From Bacilli bacterium (GTDB lineage: Bacteria > Bacillota_I > Bacilli_A > RF39 > UBA660), in contig JAFWEE010000002.1 of the NCBI GenBank assembly GCA_017515795.1, positions 1 to 63,232 on the forward strand: a stretch of DNA of 63,232 nucleotides, written 5' to 3'. The notes beneath the pieces were generated by a model, which was not told where the DNA came from, made no database searches, and saw nothing but the letters and a program-made list of their open reading frames with translations. Position numbers and translations under genes: made by a program. Numbering within the stretch: the stretch's first letter is position 1; every line of letters begins with the position of its first letter. Below, piece by piece: positions 18,374 through 28,369 of the stretch.

Positions 18374-20920
18374 ATGCATATAGATGATGTAGATTTAACA
18401 AAGATATCTCCTATGATGAAACAGTATATAGATATCAAAAAAGAGAATCTAGATAATATACTTTTCTTTAGATTAGGGGACTTTTATGAAATGTTTTTTG
18501 AAGATGCAATTCTTGTTTCTAATTTATTAGAACTAACTTTAACAGGAAAGAATTGTGGATTAGATGAAAGAGTACCTATGTGTGGTATTCCATTTCATGC
18601 TGCAGAAAGTTATATAAATAAACTATTAGATCTTGGTTATAAAATTGCTATATGTGAACAAGTAGAGGACCCTAAATTAGCCAAAGGTTTAGTTAAAAGG
18701 GATATTATTCAAGTAGTATCATCTGGTACTAAAATGACTTTAGAATCTCTAGATGAAAAAGAAAATAATTATATAGGTTATATATTAGATTTAGGTTATG
18801 CTTATTCAATTATTTACTCTGATATTACAACTGGAGAACTAAATGCATTTGTAATAGAAAAAGATGAAGAAAAATTAAGAAATGAAATAATCTGGAGGAA
18901 TATAAAAGAGATAGTAATTAAATCTGATTTTGATAGATTAATTTTAGATAAGTTAAGAAAAACATATAACTTAACTATATCTATTTTTAATAATGAGAAC
19001 TTAGAAAATGATTATTCTAATTTATATTCTGATATAGAAGACGAAAGAATAATTAAAACAGTTAAATGTTTATTTAGTTATTTAGAATCTACTCAAAAAA
19101 GATCTCTAGACTATTTTAGAAAAGTAAATATAGTAAATGAAAATTCATTTATGCAGATGGATATAAATACTAAAAGAAATCTAGAATTAACAGAAAATAT
19201 TAGAACTAAAGAAAGAAGATATTCACTTTTATGGTTACTTGATAAAACTAAGACTGCTATGGGTTCTAGAAAACTTAAGAGTTTTATATTAAATCCATTA
19301 ACAGATAAAAAAGAAATAGAAAAGAGATATGATAAGATTGAAGTTCTTATGAAGGAATTTCTTCTTAAAGATGAATTAAGAGAAAATCTATCATCTATTT
19401 ATGACTTAGAGAGATTAGTAGGTAGAATAGGCTTTTCGTCTGCTAATGCAAGAGATCTACTTTGGCTTAAGACTTCTTTATCAGTATTACCAGATATAAA
19501 TGATATTTTAAAGAAACTTGGTTTTGAAGAAATAAATACATTTAAAGATCTTTATGAATTATTAGATAAATCTATTTATGAAGATGCACCAATATCACTA
19601 AAAGAAGGTTATTTAATAAAAGAGGGTTATAACTCTGAATTAGATGAAATAAAAGATGCTAGAAAGAATAATAAAGATTTTATATCTAAGTTAGAAAATG
19701 AAGAAAGACAAAGGACTGGTATTAAGACACTTAAACTTGGATTTAATAAAGTATTTGGATATTATATAGAAGTATCTAAAGGTGCTATTAAAGATATTAA
19801 AGAAGAATATGGTTATGAAAGAAAACAAACTTTAGCAAATGCTGAAAGATTTGTTACGCCATTATTAAAAGAAAAAGAAGCTTTAATACTAGGAGCAGAA
19901 GAAAAGATTATAAACATGGAATATGAAATGTTTATAGAAATAAGAAATAAAGTAAAAGAATATATTCCTGCTCTTCAAGATTTATCTTCAGTATTATCTG
20001 AAATAGATGTATTATCATCATTAGCATTAGTATCTGAAGAAAATAATTATGTAAGACCAACTCTTAATGAGAATCACATAATAGATATTAAAGAGGGTAG
20101 ACATCCAGTAATAGAAAAAGTATTAGATAGTGAATTTATATCTAATGATATATACTTTAATGAAGATGATTTAGTTATGTTAATAACAGGTCCTAATATG
20201 GCTGGTAAATCAACTTATATGAGACAAATGGCTATTATATCTATAATGGCTCAAATGGGATGTTATGTGCCTGCTACTAGTGCTAATATACCTATATTTG
20301 ATAAGATATTTACTAGAATAGGAGCATCAGATGATCTTGTATCTGGAGAATCAACATTCATGGTAGAAATGAGTGAAGCAAACAGGGCATTAAAACATGC
20401 AACAAAGAATAGTTTAATATTATTTGATGAACTTGGAAGAGGAACTGCTACATTTGATGGTATGTCTTTAGCAGCCGCTATAATAGAATATATCCATAAT
20501 AATGTAAAAGCAAAAACATTTTTCTCAACACATTATCATGAGTTAACTGATTTAGAAAATCATCTACCACATTTAAAGAATGTACATGTATCTGCTAGTT
20601 TAGAAAATGGTAATCTTGTATTCCTTCATAAGATTAAAGAAGGATCAATAGATAAATCATATGGTATACATGTAGCTAAACTTGCTCATTTACCAGAATC
20701 CCTAATAGATAGAGCAAATGAAATACTTAAAACATATGAAGATAATGATAAAACTAATTCAATTAAACCATCACAGTTAGAACTTAATTTAGAATTTAAT
20801 CAAGAATCTAAAATAGAAGAAGAAATAAAGAATATGGATATTCTTAAATTAACACCTATAGATGCTTTAAATGAATTATATAGAATGAAAAAGGAGTTAG
20901 AAGATGAGAAAAATAATTAA
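18374..20920 (+). CDS. mutS: DNA mismatch repair protein MutS
   Basis: FFRLGDFYEMF, ITGPNMAGKSTYMRQ, STFMVEM, DELGRGT, SYGIHVA. Confidence 0.98.
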   Translation: MHIDDVDLTKISPMMKQYIDIKKENLDNILFFRLGDFYEMFFEDAILVSNLLELTLTGKNCGLDERVPMCGIPFHAAESYINKLLDLGYKIAICEQVEDPKLAKGLVKRDIIQVVSSGTKMTLESLDEKENNYIGYILDLGYAYSIIYSDITTGELNAFVIEKDEEKLRNEIIWRNIKEIVIKSDFDRLILDKLRKTYNLTISIFNNENLENDYSNLYSDIEDERIIKTVKCLFSYLESTQKRSLDYFRKVNIVNENSFMQMDINTKRNLELTENIRTKERRYSLLWLLDKTKTAMGSRKLKSFILNPLTDKKEIEKRYDKIEVLMKEFLLKDELRENLSSIYDLERLVGRIGFSSANARDLLWLKTSLSVLPDINDILKKLGFEEINTFKDLYELLDKSIYEDAPISLKEGYLIKEGYNSELDEIKDARKNNKDFISKLENEERQRTGIKTLKLGFNKVFGYYIEVSKGAIKDIKEEYGYERKQTLANAERFVTPLLKEKEALILGAEEKIINMEYEMFIEIRNKVKEYIPALQDLSSVLSEIDVLSSLALVSEENNYVRPTLNENHIIDIKEGRHPVIEKVLDSEFISNDIYFNEDDLVMLITGPNMAGKSTYMRQMAIISIMAQMGCYVPATSANIPIFDKIFTRIGASDDLVSGESTFMVEMSEANRALKHATKNSLILFDELGRGTATFDGMSLAAAIIEYIHNNVKAKTFFSTHYHELTDLENHLPHLKNVHVSASLENGNLVFLHKIKEGSIDKSYGIHVAKLAHLPESLIDRANEILKTYEDNDKTNSIKPSQLELNLEFNQESKIEEEIKNMDILKLTPIDALNELYRMKKELEDEKNN

Positions 20921-21416
20921 TATATTATTATATGTTTTAACTATTATATTTTTAGTTCTTTCTTTAAAAGAAAATCCCTATATAAATGATTTATATAATA
21001 AAAAAGAAATAGTTAGTAAGAAGACATTTAATAAATACTATAATAAACAAAGATTTGTGTGTATAGATTTAAAAGACTCTGAAATGACTAGATTTAAAGA
21101 AGAAAAAACTGATTCTATAGTATATATTTCATCTTATGGAGACACTAATTTTATGTCAGTTTTAACTAAAGGTACTTCTTTATCAGATAAAGTATGTGGA
21201 ATTATTAAAAATAAAGATAGTATGTCTAATGAACTTACAAAATCTATAGAAGAAGAAAATGATATTAAATTAAATTCTAGATATTTTACAAACTATAATC
21301 TAAAAAAAGAAAAACTTCCATATCAAGTACTTGCTATTTCGATGGTAGTATTAATAGGTTTCTTTATTTTAGGAATTATAGCAAATATTGTTTCAATAAT
21401 AAGAAAAGAATTCTAA
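20904..21416 (+). CDS. Hypothetical protein with N- and C-terminal TM segments
   Basis: AAGGAG RBS inside the end of mutS; two hydrophobic ends. Confidence 0.6.
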   Translation: MRKIINILLYVLTIIFLVLSLKENPYINDLYNKKEIVSKKTFNKYYNKQRFVCIDLKDSEMTRFKEEKTDSIVYISSYGDTNFMSVLTKGTSLSDKVCGIIKNKDSMSNELTKSIEEENDIKLNSRYFTNYNLKKEKLPYQVLAISMVVLIGFFILGIIANIVSIIRKEF

Positions 21417-21469
21417 TAATATAGAATTTTTTTTCTTTATATGATAAAATCTTTTTAGGTGATGAAAAA

Positions 21470-21874
21470 ATGAATAGAACAGAATTAAGGAAAAAAATAA
21501 TGACTATTTTATATCAAATATTCTTATATCAAGAAGATAAAATAGATTATGATATAAAGGCTGTTATTAAAGAAAGTATGGAAATAGAAAATGAATTTGT
21601 AAACGAAATGGTTTATGGAGTTCTAGATAATATAAATGATATTGATAAAATAGCTAATAAGAACTTAAAAGATTGGACTATCGATAGATTTTCTAATATA
21701 GATAAAGCTATTCTAAGAATGGGTATATATGAACTAGTTTATACTGATACTCCTGAAATAGTATCTATTAATGAAGCTGTAGAACTAGCTAAAGAATATT
21801 CTGATGAAAAAGTAAAGAATATGATTAATGCAGTACTAGATAGTATTTACCACGAGGATAATAAAAATGAATGA
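21470..21874 (+). CDS. nusB: Transcription antitermination factor NusB
   Basis: WTIDR, DKAILRMG, INEAVELAK, INAVLD. Confidence 0.95.
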   Translation: MNRTELRKKIMTILYQIFLYQEDKIDYDIKAVIKESMEIENEFVNEMVYGVLDNINDIDKIANKNLKDWTIDRFSNIDKAILRMGIYELVYTDTPEIVSINEAVELAKEYSDEKVKNMINAVLDSIYHEDNKNE

Positions 21875-23063
21875 TTATATAACAGTTGGTGCATTAACTC
21901 GTTATATTAAATATAGATTAGATAATGATCCAAATCTTCAAGAAGTATGTTTAAAAGGTGAAATATCTAACTTTAAAAAACATACTAGGGGTCATTTTTA
22001 TTTTACTATTAAAGATGAAGAATCTAGAATAAGTGCTATTATGTTTGCATCTAATGCATCGAAAGTAAATTTTGAACTTCAAGATGGAATGAAAGTACTT
22101 GTTAAAGGTAAAGTAACAGTATTTGAGGGGACTGGTAATTACCAAATATATGTTAGTGAAATAAAAGAAGATGGAATTGGTAATCTATTTGAGTTATATG
22201 AGAAACTAAAGAAAGATTTAGAAAAAGAAGGATTATTTAAAGTAGAACATAAGAAACCTATTCCAAAGATACCAAATAGAATAGGTGTTATAACTGCTCC
22301 TACTGGTGCTGCAGTAAGAGATATAATGTCTACTATTAATAGAAGATATCCTCTATGTGAAGTAATATTATTTCCGTCATTAGTACAAGGTAAAGATGCT
22401 AAAGATGATATAGTTAAAAATATTAAATTAGCAGATACATATAACTTAGATGTAATAATATGCGGTAGAGGGGGAGGTTCTATTGAAGACCTATGGGCAT
22501 TTAATGAAGAAATAGTAGCAAGAGCTATTTATGAATGTAATACTCCAATTATTAGTGCAGTAGGTCATGAAATAGACTTTACTATAGCAGACTTTGTAGC
22601 AGACAAAAGAGCAGAGACACCTACAGCAGCTGCTGAAATGTGTGCTCCATCAAAGTCAGATTTAATTAATCTACTAAAACAAATGGAACTAAGATTAAAC
22701 AAGAATATTAATTCATTAATTACAAATAATAAACTCGTACTTCATAAATTAATGGATAGTTATATATTAAAGAATCCTATGTCTATGTATGAAGTTAAAG
22801 AAGAAAAACTATCTAATGATATAGAAAGACTTAATGGATTTATAAAAATAGTATTAGATAAAAAGAATGATAGATATAATCATTTAGTAGAAAAGCTAGA
22901 AGTATTAAATCCTCTAAATACACTTAAAAGAGGTTATACTATAACTAAAAAAGAAGGTAAAGTAATATCATCTATTAAAGGTATTAAATCTAATGATGTA
23001 TTGGAAATTAACCTTAATGATGGATCTATTATTACAAATGTTAAAGAAGTAAAGGAGAACTAA
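21867..23063 (+). CDS. xseA: Exodeoxyribonuclease VII large subunit
   Basis: GEISNF, GHFYF, GRGGGSIEDLWAFN, SAVGHEIDFT. Confidence 0.97.
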   Translation: MNDYITVGALTRYIKYRLDNDPNLQEVCLKGEISNFKKHTRGHFYFTIKDEESRISAIMFASNASKVNFELQDGMKVLVKGKVTVFEGTGNYQIYVSEIKEDGIGNLFELYEKLKKDLEKEGLFKVEHKKPIPKIPNRIGVITAPTGAAVRDIMSTINRRYPLCEVILFPSLVQGKDAKDDIVKNIKLADTYNLDVIICGRGGGSIEDLWAFNEEIVARAIYECNTPIISAVGHEIDFTIADFVADKRAETPTAAAEMCAPSKSDLINLLKQMELRLNKNINSLITNNKLVLHKLMDSYILKNPMSMYEVKEEKLSNDIERLNGFIKIVLDKKNDRYNHLVEKLEVLNPLNTLKRGYTITKKEGKVISSIKGIKSNDVLEINLNDGSIITNVKEVKEN

Positions 23064-23064
23064 A

Positions 23065-23292
23065 ATGGCTAAAGAAAAGAATTTTGAAGAGAAATTAGAA
23101 GAACTAGAAACTATCGTTAGAGAACTAGAAAACGGTGATGTTAATCTAGACGATGCTATTAATAAATATACAGAAGCTATGAAACTTGCTAAAGAATGTA
23201 GTACTAAGTTAGATAATGCTACTAAAGCAGTAAATAAGATACTAAAAGAGAATGGTGAATTAGAGGATTTTAAACCTCTAGAAGAAGAATAA
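23065..23292 (+). CDS. xseB: Exodeoxyribonuclease VII small subunit
   Basis: FEEKLEELETIVRELENG; follows xseA. Confidence 0.95.
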   Translation: MAKEKNFEEKLEELETIVRELENGDVNLDDAINKYTEAMKLAKECSTKLDNATKAVNKILKENGELEDFKPLEEE

Positions 23293-23320
23293 TCACTATT
23301 CTTTTTTTATGTAAAATCCG

Positions 23321-23349
23321 TTGACAATAAAGGAAATTAATGATAAAAT
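23321..23349 (+). promoter_or_regulatory. Consensus sigma-A promoter of the rplU operon
   Basis: TTGACA-17-TAAAAT with extended TG. Confidence 0.85.
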
Positions 23350-23356
23350 TACTAAT

Positions 23357-23432
23357 GTTTGTAATGACTTCCTTCGTTACAACCGCACGAATATGGTTTT
23401 AAAGCTTTGCTACCATCTATAGGCGAGTCTTA
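23357..23432 (+). ncRNA. L21 ribosomal protein leader RNA
   Basis: Hairpin TGTAATGA/TCGTTACA, then ACCGC ... ATGGT/ACCAT ... GGCGAGTC, typical of the Firmicute L21 leader; directly upstream of rplU. Confidence 0.8.
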
Positions 23433-23457
23433 AGGAAATAAAAAAAGGAGGTATAAA

Positions 23458-23754
23458 ATGAAAGCAATTATTGAAACTGGTGGTAAACAATATACTGTTA
23501 CTGAAGGAACAAAAATCTATGTTGAAAAACTTGAAGGTAAAGAAAAAGATAAAGTTACATTTGATAAAGTTCTTATGATTGATGAAAAAATTGGTCATCC
23601 ATATGTTGATGGTGCTAAAGTAACTGGAGAAATTGTTAAACAAGGAAAACAAAGAAAAGTAACTATATTTAAATATAGACAAAAATGTAACTACCATAAA
23701 ACTCAAGGACATAGACAACCATATACATTAGTAGAAATTAAAACTATTAAGTAA
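23458..23754 (+). CDS. rplU: 50S ribosomal protein L21
   Basis: AIIETGGKQY, GHRQPYT. Confidence 0.98.
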   Translation: MKAIIETGGKQYTVTEGTKIYVEKLEGKEKDKVTFDKVLMIDEKIGHPYVDGAKVTGEIVKQGKQRKVTIFKYRQKCNYHKTQGHRQPYTLVEIKTIK

Positions 23755-23765
23755 GAGAGTTTGTT

Positions 23766-24062
23766 ATGATTAAGGTAGATTTAACAAAAGAAAACGTTAT
23801 AACAATTAGTGGGCATGCTAATTATGATGATCTTGGAAAAGATATTGTATGTGCTAGTGTATCATCAATAGTTATAACTACAATTAATGCTATAATTGAA
23901 ATTGATAATGAAGCAATTGATTATAGTGATAACGGTAAAAAGATTACAATTAAAGTTATTAAACAAGATGAAATAACTTTAAAACTTATAAATAATATGA
24001 TTCTTCTTTTAGAAGAATTACAAAATGATTATAGTGATAATATAAAAATAATAAGGAGGTAA
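23766..24062 (+). CDS. prp: Ribosomal-processing cysteine protease Prp
   Basis: SGHA...DIVCASVS; lies between rplU and rpmA. Confidence 0.93.
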   Translation: MIKVDLTKENVITISGHANYDDLGKDIVCASVSSIVITTINAIIEIDNEAIDYSDNGKKITIKVIKQDEITLKLINNMILLLEELQNDYSDNIKIIRR

Positions 24063-24066
24063 CAGT

Positions 24067-24354
24067 ATGTTAAGAGTACTTTTAAATATACAAAGATTTG
24101 CACACGTTAAAGCTCAAGGTTCTACTCATAACGGAAGAGATTCTGAAGGTAGAAGACTAGGTGCTAAAGCTGCAGATGGAGAATTTGTTACAGCTGGTTC
24201 TATTTTATATCGTCAAAGAGGAACTAAAATTTTTCCAGCTAAAAATGTAGGTATGGGTGTTGATCATACTTTATTTGCTAAAATTGATGGATATGTTAAA
24301 TTTGAATCAAAAGGCAGAAATAAAAAACAAGTTAGTGTATATAAAGAAATATAA
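24067..24354 (+). CDS. rpmA: 50S ribosomal protein L27 with N-terminal pro-peptide
   Basis: NIQRF|AH Prp cleavage-type site, [15 protein letters not shown]. Confidence 0.98.
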   Translation: MLRVLLNIQRFAHVKAQGSTHNGRDSEGRRLGAKAADGEFVTAGSILYRQRGTKIFPAKNVGMGVDHTLFAKIDGYVKFESKGRNKKQVSVYKEI

Positions 24355-24402
24355 TATCATCCTTTAGATGATATTTTTTTCACTTATAAGGAGGAACAAA
24401 AT

Positions 24403-25038
24403 ATGCGTTATAATATAGTAAAAAATGCAGATGAAATATTAAAATCAAGTTCATATGTAGTTAAGAATCCTGAAAAGAATAAAGGTAAATGGAGCGAAGT
24501 ATTTGGTAATAATAATCCAATAATGCTTGAACTTGGTATGGGAAGAGGTTCATTTATTATAAATATGGCCCTTGCTCATCCAACAGTTAATTATATAGGA
24601 TTAGAACTTGATAAGAATCAAGCTGCTTATGCTGCTTCTAATATTAGAGGTAATATTAAAAATTTAAAAATAATATGCTGTGATGCTAAAGAAATAATAG
24701 ATATTTTTGGTAAAGAAATAAATACTATTTATTTAACTTTTTCAGAACCTTGGCCAAAAAAGCAAGATGAAAGAAAAAGATTTACACATGAATCATATTT
24801 AAGAGCATACGATAGAATATTTAAGAAAAATAAACATATTATTTTAAAAACAGATAATAAGATATTATTTGCATCAGCTCTAGAAAGTTTATCAAAATAT
24901 TGGTATTCATTTGAAACAGTATCTATGGATCTTCATAAAGATGAAAGAAAAATAGAAAATATAATGACTGATTTTGAAAAGGAATACTTTAAAGAACACA
25001 GACAAATATATTATTTAGATGCATATTTTAAAAATTAA
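24403..25038 (+). CDS. trmB: tRNA (guanine-N7)-methyltransferase TrmB family (divergent)
   Basis: KGKWSEVFGNNNPI, LELGMGRG, FSEPWPK, KTDN. Confidence 0.8.
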   Translation: MRYNIVKNADEILKSSSYVVKNPEKNKGKWSEVFGNNNPIMLELGMGRGSFIINMALAHPTVNYIGLELDKNQAAYAASNIRGNIKNLKIICCDAKEIIDIFGKEINTIYLTFSEPWPKKQDERKRFTHESYLRAYDRIFKKNKHIILKTDNKILFASALESLSKYWYSFETVSMDLHKDERKIENIMTDFEKEYFKEHRQIYYLDAYFKN

Positions 25039-25070
25039 TTATTAATTAAAGAAGAAAAGAGGTGATATCT

Positions 25071-26339
25071 ATGTTCGTCGATGAAGTTGTAATGGATGTT
25101 AAAGCTGGTTCTGGCGGTGATGGATGTACAAGTTTTAGAAGAGAAAAATATGTTCCAGATGGTGGGCCTAATGGAGGAAATGGTGGTAAAGGTTCTAGTA
25201 TTATTTTTAGAGTAGATACTAATCTTAGAACTCTATTAGATTTAAAATACATGCATGAGATCAAAGGTAAAAAAGGTGCCAATGGTATGGGTAAAAACAT
25301 GAACGGTAAAAATGCTGAGGACATAATAATAAAGGTTCCAGAAGGAACTGTAGTAGAGGATGTTAATACAGGTTTAATAATAGCAGATCTTACTAAAGTT
25401 AATGATGAAGCCGTTATTGCAGTTGGTGGTAGAGGTGGAAGAGGTAATACTGCCTTTAAAACACATAATAATACTGCTCCTAATTTCTCTGAGAATGGAG
25501 AACCAGGAGAAGAAAGAAGAATTAAAGTAGAACTTAAATTACTTGCAGACGTAGGTATAGTTGGTATGCCATCAGTTGGTAAATCAACTATTATATCTAA
25601 AATATCTGCTTGTAAAGCTAAAATAGCTGATTATCATTTTACAACATTAGTACCTAATCTTGGGGTTGTTAGAACTTTAGATAATAGAGTGTTTACAGTA
25701 GCTGATTTACCAGGACTTATAGAAGGTGCTTCTTTAGGAGAAGGCCTAGGAGATAAATTTTTAAAGCATATTGAAAGAACAAGAGTAATAATGCATGTAA
25801 TTGATATGAATGCTACAGAAGGTAGAGATCCGTATGAAGATTATACTATTATTAGAAAAGAATTAGAAAACTTTGATAAAAAGTTAATAAAGAAACCTGA
25901 AATAATAGTAGCTAATAAGATGGATATGGATAATGCCAAAGAAAATTTAAAAGAATTTAAAAAGAAAGTAGATTCTCCTATATATGAAATATCTGCTATT
26001 AAAGGTGAAGGATTAGATGAAGTCTTAATGAAATTAGCAGATATGCTAGATTCTATTAAAGAAGAAAATTTATATGATGAAGAAGAATTTGAAAGTCATA
26101 TATTATATAAATTTAAAGAAGAGAAACCGTTTGAAATAGTTAAAGAAGGAAATACCTTTGTAATAAAAAGTGATAAAATAGAAAAACTATTTAAAATGAC
26201 TAAATTTACAGATGAAGGTGTAAGAAGATTTTCTAATAAACTAAGAAGAATGGGAGTAGATGATGCCCTTAAAGATATGGGAGCTGTCGAAGGAGATATA
26301 GTTAGAATCTTAGATTTTGAATTTGAATTTAGAGAATAA
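25071..26339 (+). CDS. obgE: GTPase Obg
   Basis: MFVDE, GGDGC.SFRREKY, GMPSVGKST, DLPGLIEGA, NKMD, C-terminal EFEF. Confidence 0.98.
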   Translation: MFVDEVVMDVKAGSGGDGCTSFRREKYVPDGGPNGGNGGKGSSIIFRVDTNLRTLLDLKYMHEIKGKKGANGMGKNMNGKNAEDIIIKVPEGTVVEDVNTGLIIADLTKVNDEAVIAVGGRGGRGNTAFKTHNNTAPNFSENGEPGEERRIKVELKLLADVGIVGMPSVGKSTIISKISACKAKIADYHFTTLVPNLGVVRTLDNRVFTVADLPGLIEGASLGEGLGDKFLKHIERTRVIMHVIDMNATEGRDPYEDYTIIRKELENFDKKLIKKPEIIVANKMDMDNAKENLKEFKKKVDSPIYEISAIKGEGLDEVLMKLADMLDSIKEENLYDEEEFESHILYKFKEEKPFEIVKEGNTFVIKSDKIEKLFKMTKFTDEGVRRFSNKLRRMGVDDALKDMGAVEGDIVRILDFEFEFRE

Positions 26340-26418
26340 TGCCAAATGGCATTATTTTTTATTGCGAAAAAAAATATGATGTTGTATAATTTATTTATAT
26401 GATAATAGAGGTGTAAAT

Positions 26419-28254
26419 ATGAATAAGAATAATAAAAAGATTGAAATAATTGCATTTATTGTATTAGTAGCACTTATACTAGGATTAGCATTAACATTAT
26501 ATTTAAGAAGAAATTCTATTTCTAATGTTAATAAAGTATTAGCTAATAAATATGATGAAGTAAAATGTGTTAATGAAGACTGTGATTATATAGTAGCGTA
26601 TAACAAATCTAAAAACATGTATTATGTTTATGATTCATATGGTGTAAAACTAAGTAAATTTGAAAAGAGTAATTCTAAAATGTTATATGATGTAGCAGCT
26701 AATTATCTTTTATTTAAAAATGTAAGAGATGATGGTGAAATAAAGAATTATTATATGACTAAATTAAATGGCAAAGAAGTTTATAAGAGTAATTATAGAA
26801 TAGATGTTTTATCTGATTATACTGCATCTATTAAAGATGATGAAGCTATAACAATTATTAATTATAGTGGAGATGTTTTATATGATAAGGTAACTGAAAT
26901 TAAGAGATATAGAAATGTATCTGCTATAACTATATTAGAAAAAGAATATTTAATAAATACTAGAGGAGAAACTATTCTTTCTGATTATACTGTGGAAAAA
27001 GAAATGTATGACGTAGATGATGAAGATGAACTTTTATATCTTATTTTAAAAGATACATCTAATGCATATTATTACTTTGATATAGTTCATGAAAAAATAA
27101 AAGGATCTGAATTTGTTAAATATGATGAATTAGATTATAAAAACGATTTAACTGTTTATAGAAAAGGTAATGGTAAAGTTGAAAAATATACATTATCAGA
27201 GTATGGTGATCAACTTGAAGATGAAAGTACAACTCAAGTTAAATTAGTTAAAGATTTAAAAAAGATAGTTGATAAAAAATATACTATATATCCTGAATCA
27301 GTATATAGTTTATCTCAAACAAAAATATTAGTTAATAATACTGAAGATAATTCATTTGGTACTTATGAAATAAAAACTAAAAAGTATAAGAAAATATATG
27401 ATTATACTTCTGAAAATGGATCATCTATAGTATTTAATTTTGATAGATATGATGGAGGAAAATATCTTCAAATTAGCTGTCAAGAAAGATATTGTGGAAT
27501 TGATAAAGTTACTGTATATGATGTAGTTAAAGGAAAAGTATTATTTGAATATGAGGATGGAGAAAACAAGATTAAAGATTTTACTGGCTTTAGAGGTGGG
27601 TATAAAGTTGTAAAATATACATCTGATTCATCTGAAGAATATGCTAATAAATATGTTTTATATAATAGTAAAAATAATATTATTACATCTTCTGAAAATA
27701 TGATTATGATAGTAGATAGAAGAATAACATTTGGTAAAAAATATAAACCTGAAAATGCTATTATTTATTCTGCTAAATTAAAGAAAGTACTTAATACTGA
27801 TGATAATTTAGCAATTGTTAGAAAAGTTAGTAAAAATAGAATGTATGAATATGAAGATGACGATAAAGTATATTTAGTATCAAATAAGGGTAATATTATA
27901 TATGAAGTAAAAAAATCTGATTCTAATTTAGTATATAATAAAAATATTTTATTAGATGTATCTAGTAAAAAAGTTGAAATGATTGATGCTAAAAAGAACA
28001 AAGTGGGTAGTTATAAGTTTGAAAAGAACGAAACATTACTTACTAATAGTAGTCAAAGAGTATCAAGCTTTAAAAATTCTATTTTTGTAAATAATGCAAA
28101 TGATAATTATGGAAAGATTGTAGATTATTCTGGAAATAAGATTAAAAAGATTAAAAACTCTGTAATTTATGAGGTAAATTCTAGTAAAGAATCAGAGAAT
28201 ATTATTATCATTACAAAGAATAATGACAAGTATGGATTTTATATTGCAAAATAA
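26419..28254 (+). CDS. Hypothetical membrane-anchored extracellular beta-rich protein
   Basis: N-terminal TM anchor; recurring hydrophobic-[DN]-x-x-G units suggestive of beta-propeller or WG-like repeats. Confidence 0.6.
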   Translation: MNKNNKKIEIIAFIVLVALILGLALTLYLRRNSISNVNKVLANKYDEVKCVNEDCDYIVAYNKSKNMYYVYDSYGVKLSKFEKSNSKMLYDVAANYLLFKNVRDDGEIKNYYMTKLNGKEVYKSNYRIDVLSDYTASIKDDEAITIINYSGDVLYDKVTEIKRYRNVSAITILEKEYLINTRGETILSDYTVEKEMYDVDDEDELLYLILKDTSNAYYYFDIVHEKIKGSEFVKYDELDYKNDLTVYRKGNGKVEKYTLSEYGDQLEDESTTQVKLVKDLKKIVDKKYTIYPESVYSLSQTKILVNNTEDNSFGTYEIKTKKYKKIYDYTSENGSSIVFNFDRYDGGKYLQISCQERYCGIDKVTVYDVVKGKVLFEYEDGENKIKDFTGFRGGYKVVKYTSDSSEEYANKYVLYNSKNNIITSSENMIMIVDRRITFGKKYKPENAIIYSAKLKKVLNTDDNLAIVRKVSKNRMYEYEDDDKVYLVSNKGNIIYEVKKSDSNLVYNKNILLDVSSKKVEMIDAKKNKVGSYKFEKNETLLTNSSQRVSSFKNSIFVNNANDNYGKIVDYSGNKIKKIKNSVIYEVNSSKESENIIIITKNNDKYGFYIAK

Positions 28255-28267
28255 TTAAAAAAAATAC

Positions 28268-28308
28268 AAAAATCTAGTGAAAAACTAGATTTTTTTTGTT
28301 ATAATTTT
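28268..28308 (+). repeat. Terminator/promoter unit, left copy of the direct repeat flanking the giant gene
   Basis: AAAAATCTAGT-gaaaa-ACTAGATTTTTTTT-GTTATAATTTT. Confidence 0.7.
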
Positions 28309-28369
28309 ATTAGTAACAATAAATAGTGGGAAGCTACATGTTATGTGTTTTGTATTGGAGGAGATTAGT

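Noticed and set aside
18374-21416. mutS without adjacent mutL (likewise rpsP-khpA without rimM-trmD)
   Set aside because: Operon fragmentation is common; loss cannot be inferred from one window
21867-21874. Possible Mollicute genetic code 4, given the extreme AT content
   Set aside because: nusB and rel end at TGA overlapping the start of the next gene, and conserved proteins translate full length with code 11
24067-24099. N-terminal extension on L27
   Set aside because: Well-known Prp-cleaved pro-peptide in Firmicutes
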